Source: Chrysomallon squamiferum (Eukaryota; Animalia; Mollusca). Taken from it: 64,000 nt of DNA. Where the stretch lies: NCBI GenBank assembly GCA_012295275.1, contig CM022676.1, positions 1,364,001 to 1,428,000 on the forward strand, in the 5' to 3' direction. Below, piece after piece: positions 37,251-51,326 of the stretch. The notes beneath the pieces were generated by a model. It was not told the DNA's origin. It saw only the letters and a program-made list of their open reading frames with translations, and made no database searches. The position numbers and the translations under genes were made by a program. Positions within the stretch are counted from its first letter, which is position 1. Every line of letters begins with the position of its first letter.

Positions 37251-38104
37251 ATTAAAATAGCTATTGCTAGTGGTGACCAATGTGACCAATGTGACCAAGG
37301 TCTGCCAAAACCTAATAAAGAAGACTTCTGAAACAGTCTCCTCTTTGCTTAATGAAGTCCTACACTGAATCAGGTTCTCCAAAGACCACTTTTCAAAAGT
37401 CACTTCTTATATGAACTTCAACTTTTGCTTCATTTATATTCAAATAATCATACACTGTAATAAACTATTACAATATAATTCATAATCAGTCAATTGTTTA
37501 AATTTTTTTGTCTGTTTTCTTCTTTCTTTCTCACTGTAAAGTGCTTTGAGCCTGCATTGAGGAGGAAAAGGCACAACTGTTGCTAGTGCTGAAGAAAACT
37601 GGAGTTTACAAATGTTCATCAATTTAATTTTTGACCACATGAATCAATGAGGAATTTGACATAGGCTGAAATGACAGAGTGAGGTAAGCTTGTCACTTTA
37701 AACTGGTTTTTATACAGTTTGATACCACTACAACATTTAATAAAATTAACATACTGATTTCGCTACCGATATACACATCATCAACCAAAGTGTTTGTGAT
37801 GACCTAACCAATCTAACATTGTCAGCATTTATTAGAAAGAGAAGATTTTTAAGTTTTTACTCTAAACCACAACTTGGCAATCATCTTTGGGAAACAACTG
37901 GACTCCCAGTAAGTTTATTCTATCCCAATCCAGGCACCACCACCTTTTTTTATTTCTGGCTCTGCCACTGAATTGGTTATTCCTGTTTGACCTATGACCA
38001 ATGTTTTGCAGTGATTAAACTGGTTATTCCTGATGTTTGGTGCTAGAAATTCACTCATATCAGATATTTTATTACTTTAATCAAGGGGATATTATAATCT
38101 TTAT

Positions 38105-38300
38105 GATCCAAAAAATATTCTAAGATCTGCTATACAAACATGAAGATATCTGAATTATTCTACAAATCTGCCATGGAAACATGAAGATATCAGAATTATG
38201 TAAACATGCCAGACAAATATGAAGATATCTGAACATTCTACAAATGTACCACACAAAAATGAAGTTACCTTCATTTATTCTACAAATCTGCCATATAAAT
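38105..38300. repeat. Degenerate about 40-bp tandem repeat
   Basis: Recurring atgaagatatctgaa..ttctacaaatctgccat units. Confidence 0.7.
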
Positions 38301-41300
38301 ATAATGCCAAAATTATAAAGAAGAAAGCAGATAAATTTGGATTATTATCTTAAGCAAGCTATTTCAAACTGTTTTCTGAGAAAACAATAGGGGCCCTTTA
38401 CTGAAATCCCAGGACACAAAATTAAAACTGACAACCAAATATCTGATGAAAAATTAAATTAATAAATAAAATAATGTTTATAGACAAATAAAAATAAAAT
38501 AACATTTAAAGTGTTTATAGACAAATAAATAAAATAAAATAACATTTAAAATATTTAAAATATAAAATAAAAAAATCATCAGTATTCACAGTGAAATTAG
38601 AAAGAGGAAATGAGAGAAACAAGACTGTTCACACATCACTTCTGTGTGATGCATGTAAAATATCAATTGCTGTTAACTGGTAAGAATAAAACTACCAAAC
38701 AGTTTCATCATCATACAAGAAAACATTAATTTCATTCAAAGATGCTTTTACAAAGACGTATATAATTCTGAAATTCTCCATTTTATTATTATTTCTGAGC
38801 TAATGGTGAAATGTCTTATTTCTTTAAATATGTCATTTATTAATTTGTATTTATTTATTATTTGTTTGTTGTTGTTGTTTCTTTTTTCTTCTTTCTTCTT
38901 TTTCTTTTTAATAGTATATTTAAATGTTTTTTGTATGGCAGGCTGATGTAAACAAAATCCACCAGACAATATGAAATATCTGAACGATGGTCCAACATGG
39001 TTCAACTGAATAAAATAATTATTTTGAAACTGGACATTAATTATTTTATCTATGTTTATAATATATCTGTTTGAGGCACACATGACAAATGGGCTGTGGA
39101 TCAATATAACCTTTTATAAAATTCTGAAACTGTTTGTCCAGTCTGTGTCTACTACCAAGATTAAATCTCGTGAAAAGTTCATTTTTGTAATTACATAAAA
39201 TCAACTTAACCTCCACTGAAATAGGCTTTCATCATCTAACAGCAAACAGTAAACTAATAATAAACACAACCTGTTGTAATTCAATGTATAATACAGGTTA
39301 AAACTGGGACCATTTATCAGCAAATATAATAACTGAAAAATCTCAGGATCTTTACAATAAAAACATTCCGAAAGATTTAGGTCAATTAGATAAAAATAAT
39401 ACAGGGATTAAATAAAAATCATTGCTATGCAAGACCCCTCAAAAATACAAAATGTAATAGAGGTGTCTAAGCTAAATTTCAAATAACTGACCAGCCACTG
39501 GCTATCATCCAGGACAAGGAACTCTTAGATCAGTCTGCATTCTGACACATTGACTTGTCAGACTGACAGCTCCAGATAAAAAACAGTGTGAGCATACACA
39601 AAAGAACATAAAGTTAAAAATAAAATACAGACCTTTTCTTTTTTTAAATTTAAAAATAAATAAATAAATAAATAACATCCATTCATGTTTTTGGAAATAT
39701 ATTTAAAAAATTATCATAGATTTAAAACTACATATAAAAATAAATAAAATATTAAAAGATTTGTGATTAAAACAACATTTATAACAAGTATACAGTAATT
39801 AACAAATGTTGCATGTAAGATAATCGCTATCAAGTCCATTATTTTAGAACAACTTTAATTCATATTAATTCTATAAACTGGGAGTAGTTATTATTAATAT
39901 ACCAATGTACTTACTACATGTTTGTTATATCTAAGACAAAGACTGCAATAAAAATAAATAAATAAAATGTTATCCAGTTAAAAAGATCTATACTGTTTAA
40001 ATAGTATTTTTCAACTATGGTAATTAAATTAAGATAAAAACTATATTTAACATTCTTAATTTTTAAAATTATTTTAATAAAAGGATTTTTCTCTTTAAAG
40101 ACCTTTTCTTTTTGCACATGTATGTGCATATGTTTGTTTGATATTAATATTTGTAACTGACCTGCTAGGACATTTTACTGTAATCAGAACAAAAATGCAT
40201 TCCTTTTTGTTGATGGCTTTCAAATGATTGTCTTCAATCCATAAAATAACTAGCAAAAGAAAAATATTCTTATTTTAAGTATAACTGATTATTAATAAAT
40301 TACAACAAAAATTCTAAAATTAAAATATAAATAAATTAAAAGCATTTTTTCCATCTTCTTTAAAATATTATAAAAATACTTTTTAAAATATTACTGACTT
40401 CATTCAATTACCAATTTTTTTAATTTTTGTTTTATTATATTTCATAATATAGTTCAGCTTGAAAAAAATATGGTGGATTTTAATGTAATAAAAAATAGAA
40501 ATCGTATGTTGTTACAAAGCCTGTGTAGTACTAAATCTGCATTTCCAGAAGCTTTCTTCAACCATTTCTTCATTTTGCAGCACAGAAGTTGTTTTTTATT
40601 TCTGCTGTAAGACTAAAAAACACAAATAAATCAATTAGTTATAAAATGTCCATTTGATGTAAATAAATACAGTGTGAAATGTTTTCAGCTATACCTGAAA
40701 AGTTTAAATCAAATTTCATTGCACAGAACAAAATGCCAAAACTAGATTATAATTATACTATAAAACTCTTTAGGACGACGAACTGATATTTTAGGATGTA
40801 GAATCATTCACTAGTCAATTTTTCTAAACTCAATAATTACTTAGTTTAAACTACAATTCAGAAAAAACTGAAGATAAAATACCAAAATACAAAATGGCCA
40901 ATTACTTGAAATTTAGTCAGTATTTCCAAATTCAAAACTGCTGTCCATCTTATAATATTGAAAAAAAAAAAATAATAATATTAATACTGAAAAGGGAAAA
41001 GATCTAAAATAATAATATATATGCCAAACAATATTTATGAATTATAAAAAATTAAATATGATATTTTTTAGGATTTCCAGAGATTTAAAACCATGAATAG
41101 AATTAAAAACATGACTCCACATAATTATATACGGAAATTCAAATGTGATTCTGAGGTCTTAAAAGAATAGTAAACAAGAAGTGAAGCTGCTACATCATAA
41201 CTAATGAAACAATACTAATATTATAAAATTACAAAATGGCCATCTTGTAATACTGAAAAAGAAGGAAAAGATCTAAAATAATAATATATTTTTTAGGAAT

Positions 41301-41755
41301 TCCTCCTGACCGAAAATAAAAAGTATGGTTATTAGCAAAGTAATTAATAGTAATTAATGGCAAAAATATACTTACCTACAATTATGAATGTTTTCATGTT
41401 TTTCAACTTATTTAAAAAAAAAAAATTAACATAGTTTTTGTTAAAACTGACTACCTAGTAAAACTGTCTTAATAGTTCAATTGTCACTTCAAAAAGGAAC
41501 AATGACACAAGGTGACAAACAACTCACAGACCAAGCCAATGGCCAGGTGTCTATGGAGACTTAACTAAGCAGCTTCACTAATTAGATTTCAAGCTGTATC
41601 AAACAGTGGCCCATTGTGTTAACCTTTTATACCATCCAATCAAAATTTCAGAATAGTGATATCAGTTCAGCATACCATAAATTGATTATTATAAAAAGTT
41701 CAGCTCCAGTGATAAATGATTTCTTTATTTCTTTATTTGTTTGTTTAGTTTTGTT

Positions 41756-41807
<52 letters not shown>

Positions 41808-42040
41808 TTGTGTTTGTTGATGTAGATGCTCGCGTGTGCTATTTTTATTATTATTATTATTATTTTGTTGTTCTTTTTTGAGTTCCTCATGTCACTTGAT
41901 TGTTCAACATCGAACATGGGTCAATAAATTCCAAATTATTATGATAGCTGAAAAACACATTTTCGCCTTGTTTACCGAATGCTATAGGTAACTAATAATC
42001 AATAAAAATTTAAAAAAAAATTAAATTAATTAATTAATTA

Positions 42041-42129
<89 letters not shown>

Positions 42130-42305
42130 TTATGTATTTACCAGTTTAATTTAATTCATTTCTGAGCTGTCAGGACACACGCTATTTTTTCCAGTAATTC
42201 CTGCCAATTTAGCAAAAATGCGTCTGTCTGATACTCTGTTATTTTTAAAGTAATTCACTGCAGGCGCAGTGTAAACGGTCACCAGTTTGATTTTATATAT
42301 ATATA

Positions 42306-42996
42306 CAGTATTCCCTCGCTATTCGCGGGGGTTACGTTCTTTACCCCCCCGCGAATAGCGAAAAACCGCGAATATTGGATGCAGTTTTAAAACGTCTATT
42401 ATGAGATTATATACGGTACTAAATGCTTCCCAAATACTTTCTAAAGACACTCTTACTCATTAATACAGTAATAATGCAGTTATGTATTTCACTAATGTAG
42501 TAATGATAATGTAAACACATTTTAATTTTGTACTGAAACAATATTTTAATCAGAAAGAAACGTAAGTACATGAGGACAGTAACACCGCATAGCATAGTTA
42601 CCCATACAGTATTACTGCACCGTAAAGTCATTTTCTATGCGTACAACATATGTATTAGAATTGACAGAAAGTGGAACAAATTTAAAGGCAAAACAGACAG
42701 ATAAATACAGTACGCACAGTTCAGGTAATAATATGCAATTAAAAACATTATTAATACACGGTCACAAAAAATATGCACTGTATATACAGTGTATGCATTT
42801 ATAAAAAAAATACGTACTGTATTGCAATAATAATTGAAAAAATTTGATATTGTTTGTGCGGTTTACCGAGCATTTGTTTTTATGACGTTATGACGCTAGC
42901 CTGGTATACCAGCATACGATGCGATATGGTTAAGAGCCTAACCCGCGAATATGAGGGGCCGCGAATGGGGAACCGCGAATAGGTGAGGGTATACTG
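42306..42996. mobile_element. Non-autonomous Tc1/mariner (Tigger/pogo-like) element
   Basis: TIRs CAGTATTCCCTCGCTATTCGCGG / CCGCGAATAGGTGAGGGTATACTG, repeated subterminal CCGCGAAT motifs, TA TSD inside a (TA)n run. Confidence 0.88.
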
Positions 42997-43297
42997 TATA
43001 TATATAATTTTTATTTATTTATATATTTATTTATTTTTCAGTTTCGGAAATAAAATAAAAATAAATAAATAAATAAATAAATAAAAGAAAGTAAAAAATG
43101 AGAAAAAAAAATGCGAGTTGCCGTTCTTGATAATGTTTTACGAAAAACTCATCATGTTTTGCATTGTAATAAATAAATATAATATGAATAATATAACATT
43201 CATTGATCATCGGGAATGTTAAAACTACAATAAAACTTTTTTGTACCATTATTTATTTTAGTTTCTTTTTTTTCTTTTCTTTTTTTTTCTTTCTTAA

Positions 43298-43337
<40 letters not shown>

Positions 43338-44727
43338 ATTTAATCCATATTTAGTGACTACTCAGAAATGCCGAAACTGATGAAATCTGATAATTCCAAG
43401 AAATGTTAATTTTGAAAAATCTGATAATTTAATAACCTTTATTTTTCTTCTCTTTTTAAAAGACCGGGTTTTTTTCTTTGGTTTTTTTTTTTTGGGGGGG
43501 GGGTTCAGATACATATGTCAGTTAACAATAAATACTGTTCAATGATCTGACCGTGACCCTGACCCTAGCTAGGCTATAACGGCATATATATATATATAAG
43601 AACAACAACAACCACAACAACAGCAGCAAAAACAACAACAACAACAACAATAATAACAATAATAAGCACGATAATAAGAACGATAATAACAACTATAAGA
43701 AGCTTTTAAAATATCACATTAAACTGGCGCCTTCTCTAATATGTCTAAATACCCACTATTTAAATTGTGCAGTTGGTATTAAAATTAACATTATATTTAT
43801 TTATTTATTTATGTAAAAACAACAATTACTACAATAATACTAATTAAAATGATAAATAAAATAATAATTAAGAAAGAATACTGAAACAAGGGAAAAAGAA
43901 AACCTTAAGAAACGAAATAAAATGATTATTTAAGGCATATATTTATTATAAAGAAACAGTTACATTAAATACAAATAAAAAATGATAAACAAGTTTAAAT
44001 AAAATCATTTTAGTGAATTTAGTAAATTATGTGAATGATCTCTATCCAGCAGACTTAAGATGTCTTCTGAATCTTTCTCATTTATTGAAAACAAATATAT
44101 TTCTTTTGGTTTTGGTTTTTTTTTTTAAATAGTTTACTCAATACTCAGTCTTTTTTTTTAATTTTACCAACGTATTAAATAGTTATTTCCCTTAGACCAC
44201 AAACTTCTGAAATATACTACTCCTCGCATATGCGATGTGACGGTAAATTAGTTTTGCTTTTTTTAAATGAAAAAACTAATTCTGTATAATGTTTTGTAGC
44301 AGAAAGAACCAGCTTATTAACATTCCCTCCGTTTTCTTTGTCTTTTAAATAACCAGTTTCCTTTATTCTTGATTTATTTAATGTGCTATTATTATTTATT
44401 GAATTATTGTAAAATGCCTATTTCATTTTAATATTTTTCATTTAATTTTATTTATTTATTTTCGATTTGTCTCTAAAAACAATTAATTTATTTACAAGTT
44501 ATTTTTATTTTTTTGTTTATTTGCACATATACAATACCCAGTATTTAGGATATTATTTGAAAGCTATTTAAAAAATAATAAAAGCAAAGTCAAAATGTTT
44601 TAAATTCGACTAACAATTTCGAGTAGAATACTCGTAACGGTACAAGTTACGTCATTGGACAAAATGCCCCCAGAACTTCGCCGATTTAATGGGTACAAAC
44701 GACACCTGATACTTCTTTTCTGTAGGG

Positions 44728-47610
44728 CAGTGATTCTCAACCGACGTGTCGCGACACACAAGTGTGTCGCGAGGCTCCGTCAGGTGTGTCGCGAAACTTT
44801 GTGACGAACACCTGAAAACACGGACAATGTGCATAAATCTCCGTTTCATGTTCTACTAATATGCCTTGGAGGAAGGAACTTCCTTTCTCCAGTGAATATG
44901 CACACATTCAAAGTCCACCAATCAGTGGCCGCCACCAACCTTTGCACCTTTCACTCAAGGTCGATCAGTTGCCCATGAGACGTCAGTGTGACAGGTTGTG
45001 TGTGTGGTGTTGTTCCGCACTGGTCGTGTGTGCGCGTGCGTAATGCCGATTGCCGAATTAACTTCGCTGTGTTTTAAATTATTGTCATTCTTAAACACTT
45101 ATTAGTAAAGAGATGTAGCTAACTAGGTGTATTTAGTTAAGAAATTATGCTAGTTAGAACAGACTTTGCAAATCTGTCGTCTCGGCAAATCTGTTCAGTT
45201 AACAGTGTTTACTATTTACTTACATCGAATTCAATCGTACTGCACACTCAATTTTGACCTCTAAATTACAGATGAATTTGAACTAAATTAGCTTGTGACT
45301 AATCATAACTAGAACTGAACGCTGTTTTCTGTGCTTGCATATTTTTCAATTTGTTTATCTCAGAATCAGTGTTGTTCACGCACTTTCAAACTATTGTTTT
45401 TAGCTCGCAACACTTGAGTTAAATCACATGGTGAATTAATTAAATAAGGATATTCAGTTTTTGTTATTGCAATGGTAGAATAAAGGTTAGTTTTTACCAT
45501 ATATTTCAGAAGGTGATAGAGTGAAAAAAAATTGGAACACTACTTAATGTTCCAGTTTGACACAGGAGGCTGACAGTTGACACACGGATCAGTTTAACAC
45601 TGCCTGTTGTTTACTATTATTGGTTAGAGTACGCGCGTGTTAATTGCTTATGAATACATCTTCACAATGGATAAATTTGTTAAAAGGAAGGATTAGTGAC
45701 GGGTGTGAGGTTGAAACAGAACATACAATGAAGCCCACAAAATCCAGCACAAAAAAGGCAAAAGTTCACCATAATAGACGGTATTGTGATGATTATTTGA
45801 AGTTTGGATTTTCTTGGTCAGAAGATGTTGCTCAACCATGTCCATTATGAATAGTTTGTGGTGAAAAAATGGCCAATGAATCCATGGTACCAAATAAATT
45901 ACAAAGACATTTCACGACTAAACATTCCTACCTACAAGATAAAGATCTGAATTATTTTCAAAGACTGTTACAACAGCAATCAAAGCAACGCAATGTTTTT
46001 CAGAAAACAATGACCGTGTCTGAACGGGCTCAACTCGCTTCAATTGAGGTAGCTGAAATAATAGCAATGAAATCCAAATCCCACACTTTTGCTGAGTCAG
46101 TTATCCTTCCCGCTTGTAAAAAGATGGTGAAATCCATGTTAGGCGAAACAGCTGAAAAAGAAATTAGTAAAATTCCGCTTTCAAATGATACAATACACAG
46201 GAGAATTGTAGATTTATCTGAAAACATTGAAACTAATGTTCAGAAAAAACTTGAAGGATCTAAATTTGCTTTAATAGTTGATGAATCGACCGATATCAGT
46301 AACTGCTCAGTTGCTTGTATTTGTTCGTTTCATTAATGACGATGAAATAATCAATCAGTTTGTGTGTTGTAAAGAAAGGCCAACCACTACTAGAGGTCAA
46401 GATATTTTTGATATGATAACCGGCTATCTTAAAAAAATGAATTTGACGTGGAAGTTTTGTGTTGGTATTTGTATTGATGGTGCACCATGTACGGTAGGCT
46501 GCATTAAAGGTTTTGCAACACTAGCACAGAAAGAAAATCCAAATCTTGTTCGTAGTCATTGCTTTTTACATAGAGAAGTTTTAGTTTCAAAAGTATCACA
46601 AGAAGATTTGAAGCAAGTGTTACATCAAGTAGTTGAAATTGTCAATTCTCAACATGTTCGCTTACTCATGCATACCGACGTTCGATGGCTGTCAAAAGGT
46701 AAAGTGTTAACTCGCGTTCATGAATTACAGAAGGAATTAATAGTATTTTTTGATAAAGAAAAGCACGAAAGATTTTGTAAATATCTTCGATGTGAATTTT
46801 GGATGGCCAAAATGGAATATTTAACGGAAATATTTGGTCAACTTAATATTGTGAACAGTAGTATGCAAGGTCGAAACGAAAATATTCTAACTTCGACAGA
46901 TAAATTGGTTGCCCTTAAAAAGAAAATTGTTATTTGGAAAAACAGAGCAAAGTTGGGTGAGTTTGATGTTTCCTACAACGCGTACTAACTGCACTAAAGA
47001 AATGATCCCTATCGTGGTGGAGCATCTGACAGCGCTCGAAGAAAACATCGACCACTACTTTCCGTCGCTGAACACTGAAAAGTACGACTGGGTTCGTAAT
47101 CCTTTTGTAGATGTTCCTTCTAATATTGGGTTTAAATTATGCGAAGAAGAAGAATTGGCTACCATTTCAAGTGACTGCAGTCTTAAAATAAAGCATTCTG
47201 GGGTAGATATCGACACATTTTGGATTTCAATACAAAAGGAATTTCCCGCATTAGCTGAAAAAGCCCTGTTCTTTTACAATTCTCTACTCCTTATTTGTGT
47301 GAATTGGGCTTTTCAACCTTAAATAATATAAAAACAAGAAGAGAGAAAGACTACGTTCCACTGAAGAAGAAATGAGAGTTTGCTTATCGCACATACGACC
47401 AAATATTCAAGAAGTCATAAGACAACACCAGGCACAAGTTTCACACTACGTAAGTGGCAATTCTGGGATACTAACATAATAAACTGTATCAGACAAGTCC
47501 ATATATTTATTTTACGATCTCATTATATAATATTTAAAATTATTACTGTGTCGCGACAGTTTCATGCGCTCGTAGGTATGTCGAGAGTAAAAAAAGGTTG
47601 AGAAACACTG
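44728..47610 (+). mobile_element. Full-length hAT Buster/Charlie-family DNA transposon (2883 bp)
   Basis: TIRs CAGTGATTCTCAACC / GGTTGAGAAACACTG (14/15). Perfect 8-bp TSD CTGTAGGG (44720-44727, 47611-47618) with central TA typical of Buster. Subterminal GTGTCGCGA repeats. Confidence 0.97.
45667..47450 (+). pseudogene. Decayed Buster-type (ZBED5/SCAND3-like) transposase
   Basis: BED finger RRYCDDYLKFGF..P.P*IVC..MANESM.P.KL.RH..TKH, DESTD, ICIDGA, HCFLH, VRWLSKG, LCELGFS, QAQVSH. Has a stop, several frameshifts and an in-frame deletion after VEIVN. Confidence 0.93.
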
Positions 47611-49429
47611 CTGTAGGGGAACACTGCCAGCTAAAAAAGTTGTTACATTAATCTTATAACAAATTATAATTTCAGTTTATTATGCATGAATTTGCATAAA
47701 AATAATCTAGTTTGAAAAGTTTGATTAAGTTCAGTAACTTGTTAGGAAAGGCACAGGAGATCATGGTTTGGTAATATGAACAGCCATCCTTTTCATTAAT
47801 GTAATTCATAAAACGTTAACAAAATAGACGTAAAATAGTTGAAATTGGAATTTAAAAATCAGATCAGACGGTTACCGAGCGCTCACGGAAACTTCCGATC
47901 GAATCCAATATGGTTGCGTCGAACGCCGATCGGTGTTTACAAACTTTTGAACATGTATTCCTTCATAATGCAATCAATTCTACATGGATAATTAAAAGTA
48001 ATTTGGGATTTATATTATATAACCAATACCGCTTATACATAGATTTTCTTTTTAAATAGTTTACTCAATACTCAGTCTTTTTTTTTAATTTTACCAACGT
48101 ATTAAATAGTTATTTCCCTTAGACCACAAACTTCTGAAATATACTACTCCTCGCATATGCAATGTGACGGTAAATTAGTTTTGCTTTTTTTAAATGAAAA
48201 AACTAATTCTGTATAATGTTTTGTAGCAGAAAGAACCAGCTTATTAACATTCCCTCCGTTTTCTTTGTCTTTTAAATAACCAGTTTCCTTTATTCTTGAT
48301 TTATTTAATGTGTTATTATTATTTATTGAATTATTGTAAAATGCCTATTTCATTTTAATATTTTTCATTTAATTTTATTTATTTATTTTCGATTTGTCTC
48401 TAAAAACAATTAATTTATTTACAAATTATTTTTATTTGAATTTTTTTTTTTTTTTTTTTTTTATTTGCACATGTACAATACCCAGTATTTAGGATATTAT
48501 TTGAAAGCTATTTAAAAAATAATAAAAGCAAAGTCAAAATGTTTTAAATTCGACTAACAATTTCGAATACTCGTAACGGTACAAGTTACCTCATTGGACA
48601 AAATGCCCCCAGAACTTCGCCGATTTAATGGGTACAAACGACACCTGATACTTCTTTTCTGTAGGGGAACACTGCCAGCTAAAAAAGTTGTTACATTAAT
48701 CTTATAACAAATTATAATTTCAGTTTATTATGCATGAATTTGCATAAAAATAATCTAGTTTGAAAAGTTTGATTAAGTTCAGTAAGTTGTTAGGAAAGGC
48801 ACAGGAGATCATGGTTTGGTAATATGAATAGCCATCCTTTTCGTTAATGTAATTCATAAAACGTTAACAAAATAGACGTAAAATAGCTGAAATTGGAATT
48901 TAAAAATCAGATCAGACGGTTACCGAGCGCTCACGGAAACTTCCGATCGAAATCCAATATGGTAGCGTCGAACGCCGATCGGTGTTTACAAACTTTTGAA
49001 CATGTATTCCTTCATAATGCAATCAATTCTACATGGATAATTAAAAGTAATTTGGGATTTATATTATATAACCAATACCGCTTATACATAGATGTCTGTT
49101 ACTGATTTTTGCTTTCCAAAGCAGTTTCCAGACAGATAACTTGTTGACAATACACATCAATGTTGATTGATTATTCTCCAGTAGTTAACAGTGGATGATT
49201 CTTGTTTATCAGGAAGGGAACAAAACAATTCCACTGTGATGACTAATGACGCTGTAAAAGTTATGTGTGGTTCTACATTACAAATTAGAATTTAGTGCAG
49301 AAGAAATGAAAAGATGTGGAGCAATATTCCAGAGCGAGAGCAGGTTCCAGATTAATGTTATCAATTAAGTGAGAGCAGCAGTTTAATGAAATGGAGAGAT
49401 GATTGACAGAGACTGCCTGATGGGAGGTT

Positions 49430-50420
49430 AACAGGTAAAGAGATAAACAGAAAGATACACAGAAAGAAAAAGAGATAGACAATTAGATCTGTAAAAGTTA
49501 GCAAATGAACTGATGTAGATGAAGTTAGGCAGATAGGTAATCATGAATCTGTTGTGTGTTAGAGAGAGTGTTGCTTATGTATATGGGTTAAATAGATAGA
49601 TAAATAGATAGAAAGAGTACTTAAAAAGGGTTTAAATAGAGAGAGTGTATACGTACCATGTGTGTGTATGTGCAAGATAGACTGCTGTGTGTAACAGAGA
49701 GAGAGCGAGATAGATTGATAGAGAGATAGTTAGACCTATTGATAGGTTGGGTAGACAGTAAATAGTACATATATAGATAGATATACACAGATACATAGAT
49801 AAATTGATGTGAATGTGTCTGTGTATGTATAAATATATGTTTGTGTTAGAGAGAATGGGTATATAAATGTGTGTGACAGATGTGCTTTTTATGGATTTTT
49901 GAGAGTCAGAGATGATGATAGATAAATATAAATAAATACATGAGTGAATACATGTGTGTGTGTGTGTGTGTGTGTGTAGAGAGGGTAGATCTAGATGGAT
50001 AGATGGACACACACACACACTATATATGTGCAAACTACATACAGAGACACATAGATAGGTTCATAATATATGTTAGAGGATATGTATGTAATATGAATGT
50101 GTGAATAAGAGTATGTTTATAGTTGAATATATGTTGAATATATGTTGAATAAAGAAAGGCTAGATATAGATAGATAGATATACTGAAAGAGAGACTGATA
50201 TATAGGTGTGGTTATATGTTTGTGTGTTACAGAGAGAACAGATATTGACCTGTCAATGAAACAGAGAAGTATGTGTGTTATTTTTCAGAGAATGAGAGAT
50301 AATAGATAGATAGATAGATAGATTGATAGATATTGATATAGATAGACAAACAGACAGACAGAAAGACAGAGGACTGATAGGTACATGGATATAGCAATGG
50401 GTAAATAGTTAGCTAGACAG
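49430..50420. repeat. Degenerate (GATA/GACA/GT)n satellite-like tract
   Basis: Decayed tetranucleotide repeats; similar tracts at 52180-52700 and, on the opposite strand, 55320-55855. Confidence 0.75.
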
Positions 50421-50898
50421 AGAGGTGATAAGCATGTGGATATGAGTAAGAAAATCATATGATTTCTTCATTAAAGTCTATTTCTAAAGAGGTGAGCAGG
50501 TGCAAGATTAAGCTATACCACAGGTTGACCATCAAACAGACATAGAGATAGAAAGACAAATAGAGAAATTGATGATGAAATTCATCGATTGAGTAATATG
50601 TTGATGGGGGTTGGCTTAATCTATAAACTATGATGATTAATGTATGGTGTTAGGAGGGAGGCATGACTGGAGGTACCAATAAATTGTTAATGAGAGATTA
50701 GTGATTTCTGGTATTGTTTATGAAGAGAACATTAATCTGGAAATCTTGTCTGTCTTTGTTTACTGAAAGCACAGTCTTCACCTGTTGATAAGAAGGTAAA
50801 TATGATAAGATAAGAAGGTATCTATAATCACAGAACCTACAATACTTAAATACCATAATATCTGGTAAAATAAAATAATCCATCTAATTAGAGTAATT

Positions 50899-50938
<40 letters not shown>

Positions 50939-51009
50939 GAGAGATATGTTTATATGTCCTAACTTATTCTTAACTACATGGCAATGTGTATATCTCACAG
51001 TTTCCATCT

Positions 51010-51326
51010 CTTATGTTGTGCACAATGATGGTGAATCATTCATAGCAAACTGGACAAGTTCTTCTGCTTCTAGACCACCTCGCATCTGTGTGACAATTAT
51101 CTAAAAATTCTTCTAGACATATACAACAAATACCTGACTTATCTGAAGTTTCAGTCTGTTGTGTTGATGCAGCAGCGGTGGGTGATGCTGATTTTGATGT
51201 CACTGTGATGATTCTCCAGAGTCACATTTGGATGATTTTTGAACTTCTGGAGGCTTATCTGGGCATCCATCATCCTCTGCTTTCCGTTTCCTAGAGACTC
51301 TTTCTTTTACCATTTTGTCTTAGTAG
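51010..51326 (-). pseudogene. Pseudo-exons of a possible nuclear RING/TRIM-like gene
   Basis: Exon 51326-51134 (gttacag/gtattt) reads MVKERVSRKRKAEDDG...SS/TVTSKSASPTAAASTQQTETSDKS with one frameshift. The adjacent segment reads LEAEEL/CPVCYE*F, resembling a RING start. Confidence 0.35.

Larger units (their letters stand above)
44121..49093. repeat. About 1.05-kb direct tandem duplication (copy 1 44121-48044 interrupted by the Buster element; copy 2 48049-49093 empty)
   Basis: Near-identical sequence with about a dozen SNPs/indels; single CTGTAGGG at 48659-48666. Confidence 0.95.
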
